Shown here: positions 11,285 to 19,211 of the stretch, in pieces
How the letters are laid out: every line of letters begins with the position of its first letter
How positions within the stretch are numbered: position 1 is the stretch's first letter
Source of the DNA: an uncultured Puniceicoccaceae bacterium
Lineage (GTDB): Bacteria > Verrucomicrobiota > Verrucomicrobiia > Opitutales > Oceanipulchritudinaceae
DNA length: 64,000 nucleotides
Reading direction: 5' to 3'
Assembly: GCA_963933835.1 (NCBI GenBank)
Contig: CAWVVV010000002.1
Location: 288,001-352,000, forward strand
Translations under genes and position numbers: made by a program
Notes under the pieces: generated by a model
Told to the model about the DNA's origin: nothing
Database searches by the model: none
The model's input: only the letters and a program-made list of their open reading frames with translations

Positions 11285-11314
11285 AAAAACCTCTCCGGTG
11301 ACGGAGAGGTTAGT
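11283..11314. terminator. Probable bidirectional terminator between znuB and sbp
   Basis: AACCTCTCCG-gtga-CGGAGAGGTT perfect stem with an A run on the left, between convergent genes. Confidence 0.75.
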
Positions 11315-11340
11315 AAAGTATTTGGAAGCTGCCGAGCTGC

Positions 11341-11499
11341 TTACTCGTCTGGCAACGTCTTCTTCAAACCAAAGACGCCCTTTTCGGCATCCCAATCGCC
11401 GCGCTTGCGGAGCAAAGCAATACGCTCGAAGCGTTTGAGGACATTGCGCTTTTTCTTGGAGCCGCTTCCACCGGCACTGAAACTTGGATGTTGGGACAT
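11341..11499 (-). CDS. sbp: PVC-superphylum small basic protein
   Basis: Manual translation MSQHPSFSAGGSGSKKKRNVLKRFERIALLRKRGDWDAEKGVFGLKKTLPDE, with the MSxHxS, RNVLKRxER and GL(P/K)K signature; below the ORF-track length cutoff. Confidence 0.9.
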   Translation of the reverse strand: MSQHPSFSAGGSGSKKKRNVLKRFERIALLRKRGDWDAEKGVFGLKKTLPDE

Positions 11500-11604
11500 G
11501 GTTGGATTCTCCTTGTTGAAAAGAAAAACGGTGAAAACACTCTGGAGAGAAGTCTAGAGCAAGGAAAAACGCGTTTCGTGGCGAATTAGTCTGCTCCCGC
11601 CGCC

Positions 11605-12144
11605 TCAACTGCTCTGCATGCCTGGGTCTAGAATGCGGAGAAAAAACCAGACAAGGACCCCCGTTACCGACACGTAAAGCCAGATCGGATACGTCCAGCG
11701 AGCGACTGCCCGGTGGGCGTCGAAGCGCTTTAGGGCGGCAAAGCTCAGCGTATTGAGAACGAGAGGAAGCGCGATGACTGAGAGCAGGATGTGACTGATC
11801 AGGATGGCGAAATAGATCCCGCGCAGTGCGCCTTCGAGTGTCGTAGGGGTGTCCCCGTGAACCGTGTGGTGAACGAGATAGCCGCCGAGAAAAGTGCCCG
11901 AAGCGATCGTCGCCGCGCACATCGAAATGCCATGGGCGCGCTTCTTGCCTTTCTTGATGAGGATAATCCCAAGGGTCAGAAAGGATGCGCTGGTGGCGTT
12001 ACAGGCGGCATTGAAATGCGGAAGCCAGCTGAGCGCCCCTGCTTCGACGTCTTCGAGGTCGAAGAGGTAGATGAGCCAGATCAGCCCAAGGCAAATGACG
12101 GCACTGAGCCCGATGTTAATCGCGATGAGAAGGCGGTTGGACAT
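11605..12144 (-). CDS. DUF420 family membrane protein
   Basis: LPHFNAACN, FLGGYLVHH, ILISHILLS, HRAVARWTYPIWLYVSVTGVLV. Confidence 0.9.
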   Translation of the reverse strand: MSNRLLIAINIGLSAVICLGLIWLIYLFDLEDVEAGALSWLPHFNAACNATSASFLTLGIILIKKGKKRAHGISMCAATIASGTFLGGYLVHHTVHGDTPTTLEGALRGIYFAILISHILLSVIALPLVLNTLSFAALKRFDAHRAVARWTYPIWLYVSVTGVLVWFFLRILDPGMQSS

Positions 12145-12177
12145 GGCGCGGTGGAGCTTAAGACGGCGGTGGAGGGT

Positions 12178-13080
12178 TTACGCCTCGTCTCGTATGATGA
12201 GATCGAAGGGGATGAATTGCTCGACCCCGTTGACTGAGAATTGAGCCCAGACTCGGTATTCGCCGGGCTCCTCGACGGAAAAGCGAAACTCCAGTCGCGG
12301 GTCTGCTGGGTCCGGAGCGACGCCGGGCAGTGCGGTCGGGTGAAAGTGTGCGAAGCCAGTGCGGTCTGAACTGAAGGCGACGAGGTGGGCGTAGGCATCC
12401 ATGACCGGGTCGAGGGTCAGGCTTTCGTCGCCTTCGAGCGGATTGATTTCTAAGGTCAGTTCGATTGTTTCCCCGACGACGAGCTTGGATTCGGGGTAGT
12501 TCAACTTGGCGGGAAATGGCAGTGCCTCGATCGATGTCGCCGCGGTTTCAGATCCCTGTGCTGCTTCGACTTGAAATGAGCCGGCAAGGAGCGTGCGCTT
12601 GGCCGTCTTCAGCGGAATGAAATCGAGATAGAAGTCGTAGCTACCTGCGCGCTGCGGGGTGTGGGTAAAGTGATAGCTGCCGAGAGCACCGCCATCGACC
12701 GGATGGAGGTGCTGGTAGTCCGCCAAGGCGTCGTCGATGATCATGGCGTGAATCCGCTCAGTATGGCTCACCGCGATGTCTTCGTAGGCCAGAGGACGCC
12801 CCGTCGAGGTCGCGAGCTGGAGGACGAAGGTCGTTTCCTCGCCGACCCGGGGCGTGCTGAGCGCTTCTAGCTTAAGCGCGACTGGATACTTCAGCTCGTC
12901 GAGATCGAAGAAGCCAACTTCCTCGATTCCGCAGCCTTCAATCACGCCGGCATCATTGATGTAGGCGCCATAGTGAACGACTTCACAGGCTTCGACGGGA
13001 ATCGAGCGCAGGCCTACGTAGGCGCCAAGGCAGGCGCTGGTCAGAACGAAGGTGGTGATCCACTGGCTTTTTGAAAACAC
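12178..13080 (-). CDS. Membrane-anchored His-motif protein, putative heavy-metal binding
   Basis: N-terminal TM; two repeats each with a His motif followed by HxHP (HTERIHAMI...YQHLHP; MDAYAHLV...FAHFHP); PGEYRVWAQF. Confidence 0.65.
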   Translation of the reverse strand: MFSKSQWITTFVLTSACLGAYVGLRSIPVEACEVVHYGAYINDAGVIEGCGIEEVGFFDLDELKYPVALKLEALSTPRVGEETTFVLQLATSTGRPLAYEDIAVSHTERIHAMIIDDALADYQHLHPVDGGALGSYHFTHTPQRAGSYDFYLDFIPLKTAKRTLLAGSFQVEAAQGSETAATSIEALPFPAKLNYPESKLVVGETIELTLEINPLEGDESLTLDPVMDAYAHLVAFSSDRTGFAHFHPTALPGVAPDPADPRLEFRFSVEEPGEYRVWAQFSVNGVEQFIPFDLIIRDEA

Positions 13081-13154
13081 AGCGCAATCACACACGATAC
13101 AGGGTGTAGATCAAGCCACACAGCTCGATTTGGGCTGAAAAAGTGGCGTAACGG

Positions 13155-13520
13155 CTATTTCTGTGCCGCTTTGAAGACGCGTCGAGCGAGGCCAATGAGA
13201 CGGCGCCCCGAAACACGGGCTTTAAGGCTCTCCCGCATCATGAAGCCATTGACGTATTTGTGCTGGTAGAAATCCACGTCCCCTCGCACATCGGATATTG
13301 AGATTTTATCCCCCGCTTGCTTGATCAGGAGGTATTCTGCGAAGAAGCTTTCGGGCCGCATTGGTCGAACCAAAGCTCGGAGAAAACGCGCATGCCAGAA
13401 CAGCGTTTGTCTGAGGACGCGTGGTTCAAATTCGTCCACCGAGCAGTCGTAGACTTTGCAATACGCGGTCCTGAAATCGATTTGATTTTCAGAAAGGTAA
13501 GCTGCAGCGGTGTTCGACAT
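13155..13520 (-). CDS. Conserved hypothetical protein
   Basis: 121 aa ORF with F..YC...C...F and a C-terminal RVSGRRL, resembling a verrucomicrobial small-protein family (from recall, unverified). Confidence 0.6.
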   Translation of the reverse strand: MSNTAAAYLSENQIDFRTAYCKVYDCSVDEFEPRVLRQTLFWHARFLRALVRPMRPESFFAEYLLIKQAGDKISISDVRGDVDFYQHKYVNGFMMRESLKARVSGRRLIGLARRVFKAAQK

Positions 13521-13745
13521 GGGAAGTGAGCGTCTCGCTCATGGATAGCTGGCGGAGGATCGAGGAAGGGCTCAGGTTGAATCAACGGTTTGGGGGAGTA
13601 GTCCAAAAATAGAAGTGAGTTATCTTACGTCGCAGTATTGATCTTTCCTCAGGCGATGGCGAAGGAAAAAATTGTTCCTAAATTGTAAAAAAGCACTCTT
13701 CTTCCTCGTTTTACGACGACTTGTCCAGTTCGATATGCGTGAACT

Positions 13746-14921
13746 ATGCAGCGTGGAGAGCCAGTTTTCAGTTTAGCCCTTATTGGAGCCGGGCCGGCCG
13801 GTCTGTCAGCCGTATTCACCGCGCTGCAAAACGGTATCAGCCCGGAGCAAATCTGTCTTTGCGAGCGGGCAGACACACTTCTAGGCGGATGGCGCCACAC
13901 CTCGGTTCCCATCATCGAGAGGATGGACCCCTCGGTGACTTGGCAGTCCGCGCAGGGCGGCCTGAACGACCACTCTTGGCTCGAGGCGCTTGATACCGAG
14001 TCGTCCGCTGTCTTCGATGGTGGCTCCCTGGTTGCACTCCGGAAAACGCTCCTCGAGCAGCTTAATCGGGCAGGCGTGGCGATTCGCACCGGCGCCAAGG
14101 CTCTGGAGATTGGTCGCGATTATAATAACGACTTTCGTGCGTGGTTTGAGAGTGGGGTGCCCATCACCGCCAAGCGCCTCATCATTGCGACCGGTGGCGG
14201 CAAAAATCACGGCTATCGCTGGGCCGAAGAAAAGTCGCTTTCGATTCAGCCCTTTCTTCCTGCCGGGATCAACCTGCGGCTCAAAGAATCGCGCAAACGA
14301 ACGTGGGGCTCCCTCCCTCCGACCAAGGTTCAGGTCGGCCTCGCGTCGATGGACGATCGTGCCGAAGGCTCGATCGAGGGGCCACACCCATGGCTCGGCG
14401 GCACCGCTTTGACGCGTCTCAGCCTATGCGCCCCCGCCGCCCTCGCCGCCGCGAATTATAAAGGCTCGATCCAGATCAACTGGCTTTGCCGCGGGCAAGA
14501 AGGCGTTTCGTCCAAAGAGCTCATGCAGTTCCAGGAGCAGGCCGGCCGCAGGACGCTTGAAGAGTATCCATGGACGGGCTTGGAGAAGACGGTTTGGAAA
14601 ACCCTCCTCCAGCGCGCCCGCGCCGAGCCCTCCGCGTTATGGCGTTCGCTCTCCCAGCGCGAGCTCCAGAACCTCGCCTCTCAGTTCACGCGCGCTCAGT
14701 TCAAATTCGAGGGCTATCGCCTCGACCGGATCGGGGGTCTCGCCGCCGGGGGTCTCGGCCTCGAGGAACTCGTCCCCGGCACCTTCGAATCAAAACGCGA
14801 AGCGGGCCTCTTCTGGATCGGAGAGCTCGTCGATCTCCATGCCTCAGATCCCAACGCCAACCTCTGGCTCGCCCACCTCGCAGGCAAAAACGCCGCCGAT
14901 GCCGTGGCCCATACTCTCTAA
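13746..14921 (+). CDS. Divergent HI0933/BaiN-like flavoprotein
   Basis: IGAGPAG, LIIATGG, AGG..LEE....TFESK, GLFWIGELVD..NLWLAHLAG. Confidence 0.75.
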   Translation: MQRGEPVFSLALIGAGPAGLSAVFTALQNGISPEQICLCERADTLLGGWRHTSVPIIERMDPSVTWQSAQGGLNDHSWLEALDTESSAVFDGGSLVALRKTLLEQLNRAGVAIRTGAKALEIGRDYNNDFRAWFESGVPITAKRLIIATGGGKNHGYRWAEEKSLSIQPFLPAGINLRLKESRKRTWGSLPPTKVQVGLASMDDRAEGSIEGPHPWLGGTALTRLSLCAPAALAAANYKGSIQINWLCRGQEGVSSKELMQFQEQAGRRTLEEYPWTGLEKTVWKTLLQRARAEPSALWRSLSQRELQNLASQFTRAQFKFEGYRLDRIGGLAAGGLGLEELVPGTFESKREAGLFWIGELVDLHASDPNANLWLAHLAGKNAADAVAHTL

Positions 14922-14938
14922 ACACGCAGGACGATTCA

Positions 14939-15013
14939 ACCCAACGCCAAGTGGATACAAGAGAGGCTGTCGCGGGACGACGGCAACAAACTGTATCATC
15001 CGACGTATTAGAA
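14939..15013 (-). repeat. attC-like imperfect hairpin
   Basis: Minus strand TTCTAATACGTCGGATGATACA...TGTATCCACTTGGCGTTGGGT, ending in GTTRRRY; starts about 3 nt after the cupin stop. Confidence 0.45.
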
Positions 15014-15016
15014 AAA

Positions 15017-15328
15017 TCACTCGCTCATCTGAGCCATGATTTTTCCTACATGGGTAAGCACTTCTTCATGCTCTTTTGTCGGGCTGAAATCAATGAACTT
15101 CAGATCCTTGTCGACGATGGCCGTATGGCCTGCTGGGGCGTAAAATACATCACCCTCTTCAAAGACTTCTTCGTGCCCATCATCGTAAATGAAACGAAAC
15201 GCTCCCTTGAAAACGTAGCCCAAATGCGGGCAGTGGCAGCTGTCATTTGTGAGGCCTTTGAGCAATGGAGTGAAGTCAGTCCCTTGCGGGAGTTCATGGA
15301 AGTTTGCATCCATGTTCCCGAATCCCCA
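15017..15328 (-). pseudogene. 5'-truncated cupin-domain protein
   Basis: GFGNMDANFHELPQGTDFTPLLKGL..CHCPHLGYV..GDVFYAPAGH; an in-frame TGA lies just upstream at the junction with an unrelated ORF. Confidence 0.65.
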
Positions 15329-15624
15329 TCAAACAGAGTTCCTTCAATGGATAACACATCATTGCGGCTACGCTCTATTATGAACTCTTCTCGATCCCAT
15401 GTTGAGTTGGGCAGCCCCTTGAAAAGGGAGCCATCAGTGGCTTCGCTGATTATTGTCGGCGAAGGCTGACCCAAGAAGTGTCTGACACCTGGTCTTGCTG
15501 CCGCGTCATCCGGAATGGGGTATTGAAGCGCTGAAATAGTAGATACCCTAAGTATTGCGATAGTCACTATCGATACGCAGATACCGACGATCGAAACAGT
15601 CACACATAGCTTCCGAGTATTCAT
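15329..15624 (-). pseudogene. 5' fragment of an AT-richer hypothetical membrane-anchored protein
   Basis: MNTRKLCVTVSIVGICVSIVTIAIL... runs out of frame into the cupin sequence. Confidence 0.45.
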
Positions 15625-15660
15625 TCTACTATGAATTAAACGGAACATGACCCCATTTTA

Positions 15661-16473
15661 TTATTTCGAGCGCTGGCGCACGGCTTCGAAGAGAGCGATG
15701 CCGGCGGTGACGCTGACGTTGAGGCTATCGGTGATACCCGACATCGGCAGCTTCGCGGGACGGCAGGGGGCCTCGAGCCATTCCTGCGAGAGCCCTTTGT
15801 CTTCGGGTCCGAGGACGAGCGCGGTGGGGGCCTTTAGGTCGATGTCCCAGAGTTGATCCTCGGCGTGAGGGGTCAGGGTGACGGGCTGGATGTGCTGTTC
15901 TTCAAGAAAGAGGAGGGCTTCAGCGCTGCTTGTTTCAACGATGGGGAGGTCGAAGAAAGCGCCTTGGGAGGCGCGGATGGCGTTTGGATTGTAAACGTCG
16001 CAGACGGCATCGCAGAGGATGAGGGCATCGGCCCCGGCGGCGTTGGCCGAGCGCATGAGGGCTCCGAGGTTGCCAGGTTTCTCGACCCCTTGAGCGATTA
16101 GGAGAAAGGCGGGTTTACTAAGAGTAAGGTCTTCGAGTGAGCGGGGGCGCTCGGGGGCGATGCCGAGGAGGCCATCGGGGTTTTCCCGGTAGGCGGCTTT
16201 GGCGAAGACGCTCTTGCTCAGTTGCACGACTTCGATCGAGCGTTCGCTGGCTTTCTCGACGAGGTCCATCGCATCCGGTCGCAGAAAGCTTTCGGGCGCA
16301 AAGAAGAGGGTGCTGAGTTCCCATCCGCTTTCGATCGCGCGCTCGAGTTCACGTTCTCCCTCGATGAGGAAGCAGCCCGCACGGCGGCGGTGGCGGGCGT
16401 CGCGCAGCCGGACAAGGTCTTTGACCCGTGGGTTTTGCAGACTGGTGATGAGATTGGGCGGCGAAGAAGACAT
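15661..16473 (-). CDS. TrmH/SpoU-family RNA methyltransferase
   Basis: ITSLQNPRVK, FLIEG, VEKPGNLGALMRSA, LGPEDKGLS, DSLNVSV. Confidence 0.93.
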   Translation of the reverse strand: MSSSPPNLITSLQNPRVKDLVRLRDARHRRRAGCFLIEGERELERAIESGWELSTLFFAPESFLRPDAMDLVEKASERSIEVVQLSKSVFAKAAYRENPDGLLGIAPERPRSLEDLTLSKPAFLLIAQGVEKPGNLGALMRSANAAGADALILCDAVCDVYNPNAIRASQGAFFDLPIVETSSAEALLFLEEQHIQPVTLTPHAEDQLWDIDLKAPTALVLGPEDKGLSQEWLEAPCRPAKLPMSGITDSLNVSVTAGIALFEAVRQRSK

Positions 16474-16614
16474 CGGTGGGCTTGCTGATGAGTGAGGATA
16501 AAAACCCGCCAGCCGACGAGCTGATTTCGAGCGAAGATATGCGTCCTTGCCAGATACGTGCGGAATGGCATCTTCCGCCGACAAGTTGGCCCTGCCAATT
16601 TCACTGCCACGATT

Positions 16615-17832
16615 GTGAGACTTCCGAAAAAATTCGTCCCCGAACCCTTTGCCTATCACGAGGAGGTAGAGCTGGAGATCAATGACCTGACAAACCTCGG
16701 TGAAGGCGTTGGCCGCATCGACGATTGGGTCGTGATGGTGCCCTTTGCGCTCCCCGGTGAGCGTGTGAAAGCTCGCATCTGGCGGAACAAAACGAATTAC
16801 TCCGACGCCGATCTCGTCGAAGTCCTGAAGGCCTCGCCGGATCGCGTCGAGCCACCCTGTGCGCTCTTTCAAGAGTGTGGCGGTTGTCAGTATCAGCACC
16901 TCAGCTATGAGGCGCAGTGGCGGTGGAAGACAGCGCAGATCGTTGAGCTCATGCGCCGTTTGGCGGGCTTGGAAATTGAAGTCCAGCCGTGCCGGGGTTC
17001 AACTGAGGCCTACGGTTATCGCTCTAAGCTGACGCCGCATTACCAGCGGCCCAAAGATGGGAAAATGGGCCCGATTGGCTTTCTTCGCTATTCAAGTCGT
17101 TCGATCATCGATGTGGAGCAATGCCCGATTGCCCGCCCATTGATTAATGAACGGCTGACTGAAGAGCGCGCTCTTATGCACGCGATGCCACCTAAAAAGG
17201 GCAAGGGCGGCACACTCCTCCTGCGCGAAGGCGACGATGGGGTGACGACGGACAACAAAGACCTGCGCACGGGATCGGTGGGCGATAAGCGCTTCCAGTT
17301 CATCGCGGGGGAGTTTTTCCAGAACAATCCCTACGTTTTGCCGTTGCTCGTGGAGTACGCGCTCGACGAGTCGGAGAAGGGTGGAGAGCGCTATTTTGTC
17401 GATGCTTACTGCGGTGTCGGGGTCTTCGGAATTTGTGGAGCGGAGCGCTTTGAGGCGGTGGCCGGCATCGAGGTGAGTCCACCCGCCGTCGCGCTGGCAC
17501 AAGCCAATGCGGCGCTCAATGGGGTAAAAAACGCCGATTTTCTCATCGGTTCGGCTGAGGCGATTTTCGAGGAACTGAAATTCCCTGCCGCTGAAACGTG
17601 CGTTTTGATGGATCCACCCCGCCGTGGCTCAGACGAACTATTTCTTTCGCAGCTCGTTGCCTATGGGCCGAAGCGCGTCGTCTACGTCAGTTGTGGCCCC
17701 GATACGCAGGCGCGTGATCTGCGCTACCTGATCGATCGCGGCTACCGTGTGGAGCGCATTCAGCCCTTTGACCTCTTCCCGCAAACTCGCCACATCGAGA
17801 ACGTTGTCACCCTGGTAAAGGAACCAGCGTAA
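16615..17832 (+). CDS. rlmD: RlmD/TrmA-family RNA (uracil-5)-methyltransferase with TRAM domain
   Basis: CALFQECGGCQYQH, FFQNN, DAYCGVG, DPPRRG, YVSC, FDLFPQTRHIE. Confidence 0.9.
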   Translation: MRLPKKFVPEPFAYHEEVELEINDLTNLGEGVGRIDDWVVMVPFALPGERVKARIWRNKTNYSDADLVEVLKASPDRVEPPCALFQECGGCQYQHLSYEAQWRWKTAQIVELMRRLAGLEIEVQPCRGSTEAYGYRSKLTPHYQRPKDGKMGPIGFLRYSSRSIIDVEQCPIARPLINERLTEERALMHAMPPKKGKGGTLLLREGDDGVTTDNKDLRTGSVGDKRFQFIAGEFFQNNPYVLPLLVEYALDESEKGGERYFVDAYCGVGVFGICGAERFEAVAGIEVSPPAVALAQANAALNGVKNADFLIGSAEAIFEELKFPAAETCVLMDPPRRGSDELFLSQLVAYGPKRVVYVSCGPDTQARDLRYLIDRGYRVERIQPFDLFPQTRHIENVVTLVKEPA

Positions 17833-17956
17833 GCACTTTTTATGGGATGAAAGGCGATGAGCGCCCTCTATTCCATTGAAATGTCCGCGTTGAAACGCGG
17901 TTGCGTCGCAGCGGTAGCTACACCAGTATAATCCTAATTTTTTACGTCTAGCCTCT

Positions 17957-18466
17957 ATGCATCAGCTGATAGAAGACAACCTCACCTGCCTCGAGCAAGG
18001 CATCCAGTTTCTTGGATGCTTGCCTGCTGAGCTCTACACGACGCCTAGTACGGTGTGTTTTGGTAGCGCAATCGGAGGTCATTTTCGACATAACATTGAT
18101 CACTACCAGCAGCTCCTCGACGGGATCGCGAAGGGCCGCGTGAACTATGATGCTCGCTCGCGAGATATCGAAGTGGAAACGCAGATCTCGGTGGCGATCG
18201 GCGCGCTTTGGTCGCTCAAGGGTGGGCTTTCCGCCCTCACGATTGAAGCCGACGACGGGACCGCGCTCGAAGTCATCATGGATGGCGGGGTTGAGGCGCA
18301 ATCCACGCGTTCCAGCCTTTCGCGCGAACTCCAGTTTCTCATCAGCCACACGATTCACCACTACGCCTTGATCGTGACGATCTCGCAGACCCAAGACTTT
18401 GCTGAATTTCCGGCTGATTTTGGGGTGGCTCCTTCGACGCTGAAGTTTCGCTCCCAATCAGCTTAA
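17957..18466 (+). CDS. DinB-family metalloprotein
   Basis: IGGHFRHNIDHY, VNYDARSR, RELQFLISHTIHHYALI, FGVAPST. Confidence 0.88.
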   Translation: MHQLIEDNLTCLEQGIQFLGCLPAELYTTPSTVCFGSAIGGHFRHNIDHYQQLLDGIAKGRVNYDARSRDIEVETQISVAIGALWSLKGGLSALTIEADDGTALEVIMDGGVEAQSTRSSLSRELQFLISHTIHHYALIVTISQTQDFAEFPADFGVAPSTLKFRSQSA

Positions 18467-18469
18467 GCG

Positions 18470-19201
18470 ATGTGCACCGTTTCTTGGTCTATAGAAAAGG
18501 GCGGATATTGCCTATTCTTCAATCGCGATGAGCAGCTTACGCGCGCACCCGCTGAGGCGCCCATAGAGTGGGCCGATGAGGCAGGCATATTCTACGGCCC
18601 TAAAGATCCGGTCGGCCGCGGAACGTGGATTGGGGTTAATCCTCAGGGATGGACCTCCGCTGTCTTGAATTATTACGACGCGACTATCGAAGGGCTTGAG
18701 AAGCGCCCAAAGAGTCGAGGCGAATTGGTCAGGTCATTGGCACCGTTGACGGATAACCGACTTGTCAAAGCGGCGCTTTCGAAGCTGGCGAAGAAGGACT
18801 TCGCACCCTTTCACTTTTTGCGGGTTTCGCCCACCGGCGAGGGGAGCCTTTGGACCTCAAATGGCAAGAAATTGAGTGCGTCTGTCGTCGCGACGGAAAG
18901 CCTCCCGCTCACGACGTCTTCGGTCGATACCGAGCGGGTGACCGAGCGGCGCAAGGCGATCTATTCCTCCCTGAATGCGGGGGGCGCTACGTCGGCCGAT
19001 TCTCTGAAGATGTTTCACCGCTATTTTGATACTTCTGATCCCGCAGCGAGCGTGAGCATGCGCCGCGAAGATGCAGAAACGGTCAGCCTGTCTGAGATTT
19101 TCGTGAAGGCGAAGCTGATCACGTTCGACTACCACGAACGAGCAGATGAAGGCACGGGGTTTAAGTCGCCGGTTAGCCTGAAGATTCAACGGATCAAATA
19201 G
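18470..19201 (+). CDS. NRDE/TANGO2-family protein
   Basis: MCTVSW...FNRDE, PKDPVGRGTWIGVN, SRGELV, ETVS. Confidence 0.92.
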   Translation: MCTVSWSIEKGGYCLFFNRDEQLTRAPAEAPIEWADEAGIFYGPKDPVGRGTWIGVNPQGWTSAVLNYYDATIEGLEKRPKSRGELVRSLAPLTDNRLVKAALSKLAKKDFAPFHFLRVSPTGEGSLWTSNGKKLSASVVATESLPLTTSSVDTERVTERRKAIYSSLNAGGATSADSLKMFHRYFDTSDPAASVSMRREDAETVSLSEIFVKAKLITFDYHERADEGTGFKSPVSLKIQRIK

Positions 19202-19211
19202 AGCCGCGCGG

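Noticed and set aside
14557..15469. Long alternative-frame Arg/Pro/Ser-rich ORFs
   Set aside because: Frame shadows of a GC-rich coding stretch with no protein motifs.
16474..16899. Long N-terminal extension of the TrmH ORF
   Set aside because: It overlaps the divergent rlmD-like gene; homology starts near 16473.
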